From contig OY762897.2 in the NCBI GenBank assembly GCA_963666515.2, positions 1,824,001 through 1,888,000 of the forward strand: DNA of 64,000 bases, given 5' to 3'. Made by a program: the position numbers and the translations under genes. Positions 37,608-47,147 of this stretch are shown piece after piece; positions within the stretch are counted from its first letter, which is position 1, and every line of letters starts with the position of its first letter. This stretch comes from Candidatus Binatia bacterium. GTDB taxonomy: Bacteria; Desulfobacterota; Binatia; UBA9968; JAJDTQ01. A model generated the notes under the pieces. The model saw nothing but the letters and a program-made list of their open reading frames with translations, had not been told where the DNA came from and did not search any database.

Positions 37608-38882
37608 GTGACGCAGCGCCGACCTCCCCTCTCGGTCCCCTTCTTCTACGGCTGGGTCGTCGTGGCGCTGACCTTTTGCGTCAACCTCACCGCGGCCGGC
37701 ACCCGCTCCGCCGCAACGCTGCTGATCAAGCCGCTGGAAGCGGAGTTCGGCTGGAGCCGCGCCCTGGTTTCCGTGCCAGGCGCCATGAACCTCCTGCTGT
37801 TCGGCATCGGCGCGCCCGTCGCGGGCTGGCTGGTGGACCGCTACGGCTCCCGCCGGGTGGTGTATTACTCCCTGGGCATGGTGACCGCGGGCCTGTTGGC
37901 AACGGCCTTCATCCAGCAATGGTGGCAGCTCCTGCTGTTCTGGGGCCTGGTGGTGGGCGTCGGCACCAGCGCCACCCCCGTGCTGGCCGCGGCGGTGGCC
38001 AACCGCTGGTTCGTCAAGCACCGCGGCGTCACCATCGGCCTCCTCACCAACGGCAACGCCGCCGGCCAGATGGTCTTCCTGCCCCTGCTTTCGCTCGTCA
38101 TCCTCGCCAGCGGCTGGCGCGGCAGCATGCTGTTCATGGGCGCCGTCGCCTTCGGCCTGATGGTGCTGGTGGGGATGTGGATGCGCGACGACCCGGAGGA
38201 CGTCGGCCTGGAACGCTACGGACTGGGGGCCGGCGCGCAGAGCGGTTCGGGCGCCGAACCGGCGGAGCCGCCGGCATCCGCCACCCCCATTCGGGACGCC
38301 TTCCGCAGCCCCACGTTCTGGCTGTTGAGCGCCGGCTTCTTCGTCTGCGGCGTGACCGCCAACGGGCTCATCGGCCTGCACCTGATACCTCACGTGGTCG
38401 ACGAGCTGGGCATCCCCTTCTTCACCGCCAGCCTGATCTTCGGCGTGATGGGCGGCATCAGCTTCATCGGCACCATCGGCGCCGGCTGGCTGGTTGACCG
38501 GGTGGACGCCCGCAAGGTCCTGGCCCTGGCCTACTTCCTGCGCGGCTGCGCGCTGTTCCTGCTGCCCTTCGTCGACACCCTGCCCGGATTGATCCTGTTC
38601 GCCACGGTGTACGGCATCGACTGGTACGCCACCGGACCCGCCACCACGGCCATCGCCGCGGACACCTTCGGCCGGCACGCGGTGGCGCGCATCTTCGGCT
38701 GGATCTTTCTGGCGCATCAGTTGGGCGCCAGTTCGGCGGGCAATATCGCCGGCATCGTTTACGATGTCTTCGGAGAATACCAGTACGCGTTCCTCACCGG
38801 CGCCACCATGGCGATCATCGCCGCCGTCCTGGTGATGCAGATTTCGCCCAAGGAGCCACGGTTGGCTCCGGCGCCGGCGTAA
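37608..38882 (+). CDS. MFS transporter
   Basis: GWLVDRYGSR, ANRWF.KHRG, GWIFLAHQLG. Confidence 0.85.
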   Translation: MTQRRPPLSVPFFYGWVVVALTFCVNLTAAGTRSAATLLIKPLEAEFGWSRALVSVPGAMNLLLFGIGAPVAGWLVDRYGSRRVVYYSLGMVTAGLLATAFIQQWWQLLLFWGLVVGVGTSATPVLAAAVANRWFVKHRGVTIGLLTNGNAAGQMVFLPLLSLVILASGWRGSMLFMGAVAFGLMVLVGMWMRDDPEDVGLERYGLGAGAQSGSGAEPAEPPASATPIRDAFRSPTFWLLSAGFFVCGVTANGLIGLHLIPHVVDELGIPFFTASLIFGVMGGISFIGTIGAGWLVDRVDARKVLALAYFLRGCALFLLPFVDTLPGLILFATVYGIDWYATGPATTAIAADTFGRHAVARIFGWIFLAHQLGASSAGNIAGIVYDVFGEYQYAFLTGATMAIIAAVLVMQISPKEPRLAPAPA

Positions 38883-38937
38883 CGCGGTCCGAGGGGATCG
38901 GCAAGCATTCGCCAATTCGTTCAAGACGGAGGCTTCC

Positions 38938-39951
38938 ATGCAACTACCACCCATCGCCGCCACCACCATCGGCAGCTTTCCCCGGCCCAGGTGGCTGGCC
39001 AACGCGATCCGCAGCACCGTCACCTTCAACCTGGAAGGGGACCTGTTGCAGGAAGGCCTCGACGACGCCACCACCCTCGCCATCCGCGGTCAGGAGCTGG
39101 CGGGCCTCGACCTCGTCACCGACGGCGAGCAGCGGCGTCCCCACTTCATCGACCACATCCTGAACTCCATGGAGGGCGTGGACACGGTGAACCGCGTACC
39201 CAAGGGCGTGTACCGGAGGCGCGACGATGTCCACCAGGTGCCGCGGGTGCACGGCGCCATCAGGCGACGACACCCGGCGGTAGTGGAGGACCTGCAATAC
39301 GCCAAGACGCGCACGGACCGGCCCGTCAAGATGGCGGTGCCTGGGCCCATGACGGTGGTGGACAGCACCAGCGACGACCACTACGGCGGGGACGAAGCCG
39401 CCATGGCCATGGACGTGGCCGCCGTCATCAACGCGGAGCTGCGGGATCTTCAGGCGGCGGGCGCCGACGTGGTGCAGATCGACGAGCCCGCCATGACCCG
39501 CTACCACGAGAAGGTGGCCGATTACGGCGCCCGCGCCCTGGACCGCTGCATCGAGGGCATCACCATCCCTACCATCGTGCACCTCTGCTACGGCTACCCC
39601 GGCGGCAAGAGCTTGCAGCACGAGTACGAGTACCCGGAGCTGTTCCCGTTGCTGCTCGAAACCAACATCGGCGGCTTCGCCGTGGAGTTCGCCCGCAGCA
39701 ACTACGACCCGGCCATCCTCGAACCGTGCAGGGAACGGCTCGTCATGTTCGGCGCCGTGGACCCCAGCGACGTCCCGGTGCCGCCGGTGGAATCGGTGGT
39801 GACGCGGGTGCGTGAAGCCCTGCGCTACCTCGACCCGGACAAGCTGCTTTTGGCCCCGGACTGCGGCCTCATGACCGTGAGCCGGGATCTCGCCTTCGCC
39901 AAGGCCAGGCTGCTGGCCGGCGCCGCGACCGAGTTGCGCCGGACCCTGTGA
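38938..39951 (+). CDS. Cobalamin-independent methionine synthase II family (single barrel; MetE-C / CoM-transferase-like)
   Basis: IGSFPRP, VTDGEQRR, VPGPMT, VQIDEP, Zn ligands HLC and PDCG. Confidence 0.85.
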   Translation: MQLPPIAATTIGSFPRPRWLANAIRSTVTFNLEGDLLQEGLDDATTLAIRGQELAGLDLVTDGEQRRPHFIDHILNSMEGVDTVNRVPKGVYRRRDDVHQVPRVHGAIRRRHPAVVEDLQYAKTRTDRPVKMAVPGPMTVVDSTSDDHYGGDEAAMAMDVAAVINAELRDLQAAGADVVQIDEPAMTRYHEKVADYGARALDRCIEGITIPTIVHLCYGYPGGKSLQHEYEYPELFPLLLETNIGGFAVEFARSNYDPAILEPCRERLVMFGAVDPSDVPVPPVESVVTRVREALRYLDPDKLLLAPDCGLMTVSRDLAFAKARLLAGAATELRRTL

Positions 39952-40042
39952 CCCCTGTCACGGCGAGAGCCGGGCACACCGGCGTGGACTTCAAGCCCGC
40001 GCCCGCGTCTGACCATGCGCAGACGAAGAAGGAACGGCCCTG

Positions 40043-40537
40043 ATGTACCGAGTCGTGGAACTTCCCGGCGGCGTTGCCGGCCGCCTGTACCTGGGCAGCA
40101 TGCCCGGACGTTACGAGGTGTTCGAGGAAGCCCTTCGAGCCATCGTCGAACACCGGATCACGCGGGTGGTCTGCCTCGTGCCGCCCGACGAGTTGCAGGA
40201 CAAGTCGCCGCTCTATGCCCGCGCGCTCAAGGAGGCCAGGGTGCCATGGGCGCACGAAAGCTTTCCCGTGGAAGACTTCGAGGCGCCCGCGGACCGGGAA
40301 GCCTTCTGGGCGCTGGCGCGAAAGGCCGCCGGACGGCTCGCCGGCGGCGAGACCATTCTCGTGCACTGCGCCGCGGGCATCGGCCGCACCGGGACGTTTG
40401 CCGTGTGCGTGCTGCTGGCGCTGGGACTGACCGCCGCGGAGGCGCGCACCGCGGTGCGGAGAGCCGGCTCCAGCCCTCAGACCGCGGCCCAGGAAGAGCT
40501 GGTCCACTGGGCCGCCGGACTGGGGCCCGCCGCCTGA
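40043..40537 (+). CDS. Protein-tyrosine / dual-specificity phosphatase
   Basis: VHCAAGIGRTG (CX5R), PVEDF, PQT..Q. Confidence 0.9.
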   Translation: MYRVVELPGGVAGRLYLGSMPGRYEVFEEALRAIVEHRITRVVCLVPPDELQDKSPLYARALKEARVPWAHESFPVEDFEAPADREAFWALARKAAGRLAGGETILVHCAAGIGRTGTFAVCVLLALGLTAAEARTAVRRAGSSPQTAAQEELVHWAAGLGPAA

Positions 40538-40609
40538 AATTCTTCCTTCCCGCACCCCATCGTGGTACAAGGGTCCCGAGTTGAAGTCGCTTCGAGGGAG
40601 GACCTGAAG

Positions 40610-41128
40610 ATGAGCAGCATCACACCGCCTCTCAACTTCGCCAAGTGGATCGACGAGCACCGTCACCTGCTCAAGCCGCCGGTGGGCAACCAGGTGGTCT
40701 ACAAGGACACCGAGTTCACGATCATGGTGGTGGGGGGACCCAACACCCGCAAGGACTACCACGTGGACGAGGGCGAGGAGTTCTTCTACCAGCTCGAAGG
40801 CGACATGACCCTCAGGATCATGGAAGACGGCGCGCCCCGGGACATCCCCATCCGCGCGGGCGAGATCTTTCTGCTACCTCCAAAGGTGCCGCACTCGCCG
40901 CAGCGGAAGGCCGACACCGTCGGCCTCGTCGTCGAACGCCAGCGGCGCGAGGGCGAGCTGGACTGGTTCCAGTGGTACTGCGACGACTGCCACGCCAAGA
41001 TCTACGAGGAATCGGTGCAGCTCACCGACATCGTAGCCCAGCTCCCGCCCATCTTCGAGCGCTTCTGGAAGAACGAGGCCAACCGGAAGTGTGACGGCTG
41101 CGGATCGGTGATGGAGCCGGTCAACTGA
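40610..41128 (+). CDS. nbaC: 3-hydroxyanthranilate 3,4-dioxygenase
   Basis: WIDEHRHLLKPPVGN, MVVGGPNTRKDYH, EEFFYQ, PHSPQR, CDDC/CDGC rubredoxin-like site. Confidence 0.93.
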   Translation: MSSITPPLNFAKWIDEHRHLLKPPVGNQVVYKDTEFTIMVVGGPNTRKDYHVDEGEEFFYQLEGDMTLRIMEDGAPRDIPIRAGEIFLLPPKVPHSPQRKADTVGLVVERQRREGELDWFQWYCDDCHAKIYEESVQLTDIVAQLPPIFERFWKNEANRKCDGCGSVMEPVN

Positions 41129-41727
41129 GCCGCGGCGCGGCCGCACCCCACTCCAGACTCTACCGAGGGCTGGCCAACGGCCTGACCCTGGCGCGCTTCG
41201 CCGCCCCGGTCCCCTTCATCTACCTCATGCTCGAAACGCACCGTGGGGCCTCCGGCGCCACCGGTGCCCTGCTGTTGCTGCTTTACCTCCTGACCGCGTT
41301 CTCCGACCTGCTGGACGGATACTTCGCCCGCAAGGCCGGAACCGCCAGCGCCAAGTGGGGACGGCTGGATGCACTGGCGGACGTGTGGTTCAACACGTCG
41401 GCGCTGCTGGCCGCAGCCTCGATCGGTCTCATGGGCTATTGGGTGCCGCTGGGCGTGGCCGCCCTCGCAGCGCAGTTCCTCTACCGGAACAGGAAGCCTC
41501 GCACTGGCACCCGGCCGCAACTCCTCGAAGACCTGCCCGGGAAAGCCGCGGGCGTCATCTACTATCTGCTCGTGGGAGCCATAGTTGCGGGAGTCTGGCT
41601 TGACCGCAACCGGGCACCCTACTGGCTCGGTTGGGCGGGGAATGCCGTTTTCGTTTACACGGCGCTGGTCTTCGTGCGGAACGCTTGGCGGAGAGCGGAC
41701 CCCACGCCGTCTTCGGTCCGGTCGTAG
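41125..41727 (+). CDS. CDP-alcohol phosphatidyltransferase family protein
   Basis: DLLDGYFARK..S..G..D..AD motif; the conserved LANGLTLAR N-terminus lies upstream of the first ATG (41227), so a CTG start at 41125 is proposed. Confidence 0.8.
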   Translation: MSRGAAAPHSRLYRGLANGLTLARFAAPVPFIYLMLETHRGASGATGALLLLLYLLTAFSDLLDGYFARKAGTASAKWGRLDALADVWFNTSALLAAASIGLMGYWVPLGVAALAAQFLYRNRKPRTGTRPQLLEDLPGKAAGVIYYLLVGAIVAGVWLDRNRAPYWLGWAGNAVFVYTALVFVRNAWRRADPTPSSVRS

Positions 41728-41761
41728 GCGAAGACTTTCGGGCACGATTTCCCGCCTCTGG

Positions 41762-43051
41762 TCACCCCGAACCGGGTGTCCGGTCCCCGGCGTAGAGCTT
41801 GAGCGGCATCAGACAGGCCGCCGACAGGAAGACGAAGATCCCTGCCAGGATGAACGCGGAACCGAGACCGTAGTGGTCCGCCAAGTACCCGGCGATGATC
41901 GGCGTCGGCAGCACGGCCACCTGGGCGATGACGGTGGTGAGCCCTTGGGACGAGGCCTGGACGTTGGCGCCGGAGACGTCCGAGATCACCGCTGTAAGCA
42001 CGTTCATCAGGGTGTAGAAGAAAGTGCCGATGACGATGATGACGAGGGTCAGGGCCGTCACGGGCGGAGCCACGGCGAGAAGCATGTACAAGGCGCCCAG
42101 CACGAACATGGATGGAACCAGCACCGGTTTGCGGCCGTAGCGATCGGACAGATAGCCCAGCGGCGTCTGGGAGAAGATCCCCACGACGTGAAGCAGAAAG
42201 ATGTACACGCCGAGGGCCTCCCCCGTGAAGTGAAGCTCCTCCACGAGATATACGGGCAGGAAAGACAGGATGACCACCCGGCCCATGGTAAGGAGGCCCC
42301 TGGACGCCGAGATGGCCACGAACGAGCCCTTCCGCAGCAACGACATCATTTCGCGGAAACGCGTGGTGCGGGACGGCGCTCTCGTGTCCTGCTTGAAGGC
42401 GCCGAGGAGACCGCGCAGAACGAGAAAGCCGAACAGCACTCCCGGCACGATGTGCCACCAAAGCACCCCCTCCCAGGGCAACGCGGCCACGAGCACCCCT
42501 TGCGCCAGCGGCGACAGGCTGTCGCTAACCGTGGCGCCGGTGCCGTGGACGGCCATGGCCGTGGCCCGGCGCTGCGGGAACTTGGAGGTGAGGGTGGCCG
42601 CCGCGGTGGGGTGCCAGAGTGCGGTACCGAAGCCGATGAGCACGCTCGCGGCGAAAGCCACCCAAAAACCGCCGCCGCTGCCGAACAGAAGATAGGCGAG
42701 ACCCATCGTGACCAACGACGAGGCCAGGATTGTGTCCCGATGCCGGTAGAGCGCATCTCCCAGCATGCCGGCAGGAAGATTCAAGGTGCCCTGTCCGAAC
42801 TGCCGGGCCGCCGCCAACGCCCCGTACTGAACCCCGCTGAGGCCCAGCCCCACCTTGATGAACGGCTGGGCCACCGTGAAAAGCTGCTGGAACCAGTGGA
42901 TCGCGATGTGCCCGCCGGTCACGACCCCCAGCAGGTGCACCCGATCCGGCCCCAGGTCCCGGGCCTCGGCCGCAAGACGCTGGGCGCCCGAGCGGATGAA
43001 CGAGGCTGGTCGCGAAGGTGTCACCGCCACCACTCGTCTTCCGTCTTGCAA
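41762..43051 (-). CDS. MFS transporter (FSR-like)
   Basis: GHIAIHWF, GTALWHP, RRATAMAVHG, GYLSDRYGRK; start uncertain. Confidence 0.85.
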   Translation of the reverse strand: MQDGRRVVAVTPSRPASFIRSGAQRLAAEARDLGPDRVHLLGVVTGGHIAIHWFQQLFTVAQPFIKVGLGLSGVQYGALAAARQFGQGTLNLPAGMLGDALYRHRDTILASSLVTMGLAYLLFGSGGGFWVAFAASVLIGFGTALWHPTAAATLTSKFPQRRATAMAVHGTGATVSDSLSPLAQGVLVAALPWEGVLWWHIVPGVLFGFLVLRGLLGAFKQDTRAPSRTTRFREMMSLLRKGSFVAISASRGLLTMGRVVILSFLPVYLVEELHFTGEALGVYIFLLHVVGIFSQTPLGYLSDRYGRKPVLVPSMFVLGALYMLLAVAPPVTALTLVIIVIGTFFYTLMNVLTAVISDVSGANVQASSQGLTTVIAQVAVLPTPIIAGYLADHYGLGSAFILAGIFVFLSAACLMPLKLYAGDRTPGSG

Positions 43052-43073
43052 ACAGGGTCTTGTGAAGGGAAAC

Positions 43074-43484
43074 TCACCACTTCCACGGATTCAGCAACTC
43101 CACGCCGGTGGCGGCAAAGTCGGCCTCGTTGCGTGTGACGACGGTAAGGCGATACCGCAGCGCGGTAGCGGCGATCAAACCATCCACCGCGGGGATCCTT
43201 TCAGGGCGGGCCATGAGGCGGCCCCATGTGTCCGCCACGTCGGCATCGACCGGCAGGATGCGGTCTTCGGCCCACGCCGGCAATTCCGTTTCCAACCACG
43301 CGGTGAGCCGAGCCCGACGGCGGCCTTTCCCAAGCATCATGATGCCTTTTCGGATTTCGCCCATTGTCAGGACGCTTACGAACACGGATGCTTGCGGCGT
43401 CTCCAGAAACCACTGGGAGACTTGGGGCGACGGTCGCGACTTGAGCAGTTCCGACAGGGCACAGGTGTCGAGCAGGAAGCTCAC
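43074..43484 (-). CDS. vapC: VapC PIN-domain toxin
   Basis: FLLDTCALSE, SVLTMGEIRKG, DGLIAATA, VTRNEADF, NPW. Confidence 0.92.
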   Translation of the reverse strand: MSFLLDTCALSELLKSRPSPQVSQWFLETPQASVFVSVLTMGEIRKGIMMLGKGRRRARLTAWLETELPAWAEDRILPVDADVADTWGRLMARPERIPAVDGLIAATALRYRLTVVTRNEADFAATGVELLNPWKW

Positions 43485-43729
43485 AGGTCGATATCGCGCG
43501 ACAACGACTTGTCCCGCTTGATGTCCAGGTCTACGCCCACTCGGGAAGACGCGCGCAGAAATTCGGCCGTCGAGGGCTGTGGTCGTTTCAGGCGGTCATA
43601 GTCGTCGGCAGAGAGCACGACCACCGCCCGTCGTCCACGCACCGTAATGGTCTGCGGACCTGACTCCGCATCGCGCACCAACTCGCTGAAACGCGCCTTG
43701 GCTTCCTGTACTTGCCAACTTTGAGTCAT
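43481..43729 (-). CDS. Phd/YefM family antitoxin
   Basis: WQVQEAKARFSELV..A..GPQTITVRG; SD GGAGG; CTGACCA direct repeat upstream. Confidence 0.9.
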   Translation of the reverse strand: MTQSWQVQEAKARFSELVRDAESGPQTITVRGRRAVVVLSADDYDRLKRPQPSTAEFLRASSRVGVDLDIKRDKSLSRDIDL

Positions 43730-43777
43730 GATTGCCTCCTGACCATTCTGACCAGATAACACGCTGCATCCCAAGAC

Positions 43778-44746
43778 TCAAGGGTCATCTTCCCTCTCCC
43801 CTCGCGAGAACAGGTCCGTGTAGACCCGCGGCAGGAAGATCAGGCCGAAGGAGCCGTTGGCGAGCATGAACGTGAGGTGGGCCGCCAGGCTGTAGGCGAG
43901 CAGGTCGGCCTCGGCGGCGTAGCCGCCGAAGAAGAATATCCAGGCGGCCTGGGAGGTGCCGAGGTGGGCCACGGTGACGGGCAGCGCCGCCACCAGGTAG
44001 ACGATGGGCAGGAACGCCAGCAACGGCAGCACCGGGATCTCGATGCCGAAGAACGTGAGCGCCCGGGCATGGACCAGCAATGACAGGAAGAACACCGAGC
44101 CCTTGAGAACCAGAATCGCCAGGGCTTGGCGCAAACGCACCCTCCGGAACGTCGACAGGAGCACGTTGCCGCCCAGGCGCCGTCCCAACGCCCCGAGCCG
44201 GCCCCGGGCGATGCCGACGACCGCGAACCAGATCAGCGCCAGCAGCACCGGCAGCACGAAGAAGGCCGCCGGCGTCCCGCCCGGAAAGGCGGCCGAGCCC
44301 ACCGTGGCGAAGAAGAGCAGGTTGGTGGCCTCCAGCAGGATCAGCAGCACCACCGTGCTGGTGATCTCGCCCAGGGGGGTGCGGAAGCGGCGGTTCAGGT
44401 ACAGCGCCAGCGCCGCCTGGGCAAGCTGCGTGTTGATGATGGCGACGACGTAGGTGGACGCCCGCACCGGCAGCAGCTCCCGGTAGCGGATGGGTCCGTG
44501 GAACCAGCGGATCAGGGCGGTGAGCACCGCCGAGTCCGCCAGGAAGAAGCACAGCGAGAACGAGCCCATGACGGCGAAGAACGGCAGCAGGCGCGCGCCG
44601 GAGACGGCCTGCCAGAAGGCCTCGAAGGGAATGCGCCAGAAGATCACGCCGAAGATGACGATGGTCAGCACCGCCGGGACGAGGCGCGCCAGAACGCTCT
44701 GCTCCTTCGGCCGGGCCGTTGTTTCATGGGTCACGGAATCGTTCAC
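43778..44746 (-). CDS. Lysylphosphatidylglycerol synthase TM region / UPF0104 flippase-like protein
   Basis: About 8 TMs; LPVTVAHLGTSQAAW resembles the family's LP.T..GLG..E motif. Confidence 0.7.
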   Translation of the reverse strand: MNDSVTHETTARPKEQSVLARLVPAVLTIVIFGVIFWRIPFEAFWQAVSGARLLPFFAVMGSFSLCFFLADSAVLTALIRWFHGPIRYRELLPVRASTYVVAIINTQLAQAALALYLNRRFRTPLGEITSTVVLLILLEATNLLFFATVGSAAFPGGTPAAFFVLPVLLALIWFAVVGIARGRLGALGRRLGGNVLLSTFRRVRLRQALAILVLKGSVFFLSLLVHARALTFFGIEIPVLPLLAFLPIVYLVAALPVTVAHLGTSQAAWIFFFGGYAAEADLLAYSLAAHLTFMLANGSFGLIFLPRVYTDLFSRGEREDDP

Positions 44747-45768
44747 GTTCCTCGTCCGCGGCCGCTCGCCAGCCTGTGATCATGTGCCGACAGTTCATCC
44801 AGGAGGTCGTCCACCGGGGTCAACGGAAACGGCAGGAGCCCGCGCGTCTCCGCGGCGTCTCCGAGATGCTCGTTGAACAGCGTGTCGAAGAGGGTCCGGT
44901 TCCAGCCCCACCCCAGCCGTCCGCCCATGACCGCCGCGGCCTCGGCCAGCCAGCCGGGCACGCCCACGACCAGCGGACGCCGGTCCATGCGCGCCGCGGC
45001 CCGGCGCAGCAGCTCGACATACGTCAAGGTATCGGGACCCACCAGGTCCAGGACGTGGACCGGCGCGGGCTCCACCGCGAGCGCCCATCGGATGGCGCGG
45101 GTCACGTCCGCCAGCGCCACCGGCTGGATGCGCACCCTGCCTCCGCGCACCAGCGGCGCCACCTTCCTCCCGGCCAAGTGGAAAAGGGTGCGCGCGGAAG
45201 GCGTCCCGGCGCCCAGCACCATGGGCACGCGGAACACCACCGTCTCGAACCCGGCCCGGCGTATGGCCGATTCGGCAAGGGCCTTGGAACGCAGGTACTC
45301 GTTGGGCGATTCCAGCGAGGCGTCCGGCGCGCTCAGGTAGACGAACCTGCGCACCTCCGCGGCCTTGGCCGCGGACACCACGCTCCGGGTGGCGCCGGTG
45401 TTGGCGTCGTGGAGCCGTTCTCCGGTGCGGGGCTGCAGCGCGCCCGCCAGGTGCGCCACCGCGGCAGCGCCCTGAAACGCTTCCGCCAAGGTTTCGGGAT
45501 CGCCGTAATCGACCTGCCTGACTTCGACCGGGAAGCCGTCAATGACGGCGGCCTGCGCCGGGCCCCTCACCAGGGCGCGCACACGTCGGGTCGCGGGATC
45601 GGCGTTTTCCACCAGGCTGCGGAGCAACGCGGTCCCCACCACCCCATTGGCGCCGGTGATGACGATGTCGGACCCTCCGCCGCCTTCCCTGGATTCCGGC
45701 CCCCGATCGGAGTCGAGGACATGCTCTCGCCGGACTGACGGGTCCGGGCGTCGGCTGGCCGTTTGCAT
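44743..45768 (-). CDS. NAD(P)-binding SDR / epimerase-like protein (NDUFA9-like)
   Basis: VITGANGVVG, RFVYLSA, YLRSKALAE, QPVALADV; start uncertain. Confidence 0.8.
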   Translation of the reverse strand: MQTASRRPDPSVRREHVLDSDRGPESREGGGGSDIVITGANGVVGTALLRSLVENADPATRRVRALVRGPAQAAVIDGFPVEVRQVDYGDPETLAEAFQGAAAVAHLAGALQPRTGERLHDANTGATRSVVSAAKAAEVRRFVYLSAPDASLESPNEYLRSKALAESAIRRAGFETVVFRVPMVLGAGTPSARTLFHLAGRKVAPLVRGGRVRIQPVALADVTRAIRWALAVEPAPVHVLDLVGPDTLTYVELLRRAAARMDRRPLVVGVPGWLAEAAAVMGGRLGWGWNRTLFDTLFNEHLGDAAETRGLLPFPLTPVDDLLDELSAHDHRLASGRGRGT

Positions 45769-45811
45769 GGAGTGACGATGATGACGCGAATCCTGCCGAT
45801 GACGCCGGACG

Positions 45812-47050
45812 TCAGCTCAGCATCCGGTGCGTGGGCGCCAGCAGCTTCTCCACCGGCAGCCCGTGGGTGCACGAACCCGCGCAGTCCTGGGTCGGACAGG
45901 TTAGGCACGCCGCGGCGCCCTCCCCGAGCAGCGCGTACTCGCTCCGGGCCAGCTTCTCGTCCTGGTAGTCCCGGGCGTACATGCGGGTCCTGAGCACGTC
46001 GGCGATGGGGACGCCGTAGGGACAGGCGTTCTCGCAGTCGTTGCAGGCGTGGCGGCAGTAGGAGGCGCCGTTCATGCGCGCGTAGCCCTTGAGCAGCTCG
46101 AAGTCGCCGCGCGCCGCGGTGGTCCAGCCCGAGGCGCCCAGGTATTCCCGGATCGACCCCGAATCGGTCATGGAGATGACCAGCGCGTGCACCTGTGGAT
46201 TGGACAGCACCCAGCGGAACGCCGCCTGGGCATAGGTAGCGCCGTCCTTCTCGAACGGCCGCATGTCGTTCAGGCGGGCGCCCATGAGGGTCTTCATGGC
46301 GACCACGCCCACGTTCTTCGTCTTGGCCTTGTCGAGCACCCGCGGGAGGTCGGGCTGACGCGCGATGAAGTCGAAGCCCTGGGTGAAACGTTCGTAGAAC
46401 TTCGGATCCTGGCCGAAGTTATAGGCAACCAGGATCACGTCCACCATGTCCCGGTCCAGCGCATAGTCCAGGCACTGGATGAGCCGGCCGGCGTGGCCCG
46501 ACATGCCCGAGAAGCGGATCTTCCCCTGCCGCCTGGCTTGGGCGATGAACTCGTGCCACTCGGGGTTCTCCAGCCGGCCCACGCTGTTGACCGCGTGGGT
46601 GAAGTAGACGTCCACGTAGTCGGTCCGCAAGCGCCTCAGGCTGGCCTCCAGCGAGCGCATCATCGAATCCCGGGTCTCGCTTGCGCTGGTGTGGGTCTTG
46701 GAGGCGATGAAGACCTTGTCCCGCCTGCCCCGGAGCGCGTTGCCGATGGTGATCTCGGAATCGCCGCCGCGGTAGCTCTCGGCCGTGTCGAAGTAGTTGA
46801 TGCCGCGGTCCAGGGCATCCAGCACGAGGTTTTCCTCCCCTGCATCGAGACGGCTGGAGCCGAAAGAAATGTCGGAGATCCTGAACCCGGTGCGGCCCAG
46901 GGTGACGTAGCGTTTGACTTCAGCCCGGGTTGCCGCCTGTGCCGTGCCAGCCCCCGTGAGAGGCAGCAGACCGGCGGCCACTCCCGCCATGGCGCCCCGG
47001 CGCAACAACTCCCGGCGGCCCAGCTTCTCACCGTCGTCGGACTTTTTCAT
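45812..47050 (-). CDS. Aldo/keto reductase with Tat signal and C-terminal Fe-S dicluster
   Basis: GRRELL twin-arginine signal with AQA site, YFDTAESY, ASK, YFTH, VAMKT, C-terminal CRHACNDCENACP...CLTC..DC..SC. Confidence 0.85.
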   Translation of the reverse strand: MKKSDDGEKLGRRELLRRGAMAGVAAGLLPLTGAGTAQAATRAEVKRYVTLGRTGFRISDISFGSSRLDAGEENLVLDALDRGINYFDTAESYRGGDSEITIGNALRGRRDKVFIASKTHTSASETRDSMMRSLEASLRRLRTDYVDVYFTHAVNSVGRLENPEWHEFIAQARRQGKIRFSGMSGHAGRLIQCLDYALDRDMVDVILVAYNFGQDPKFYERFTQGFDFIARQPDLPRVLDKAKTKNVGVVAMKTLMGARLNDMRPFEKDGATYAQAAFRWVLSNPQVHALVISMTDSGSIREYLGASGWTTAARGDFELLKGYARMNGASYCRHACNDCENACPYGVPIADVLRTRMYARDYQDEKLARSEYALLGEGAAACLTCPTQDCAGSCTHGLPVEKLLAPTHRMLS

Positions 47051-47147
47051 GGCGTCTCCTCGGTCCATGCGAGAGAAGGCCTACGTACGCCCGTGCTCTA
47101 CGTTCAGTACACCGGAAAGGAGATGAAATGTCCAACGGAACGGCCCC

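Noticed and set aside
38938-39951. Assigning the gene symbol metE
   Set aside because: Only the single catalytic barrel is present, without the folate-binding N-terminal half, so the substrate cannot be inferred.
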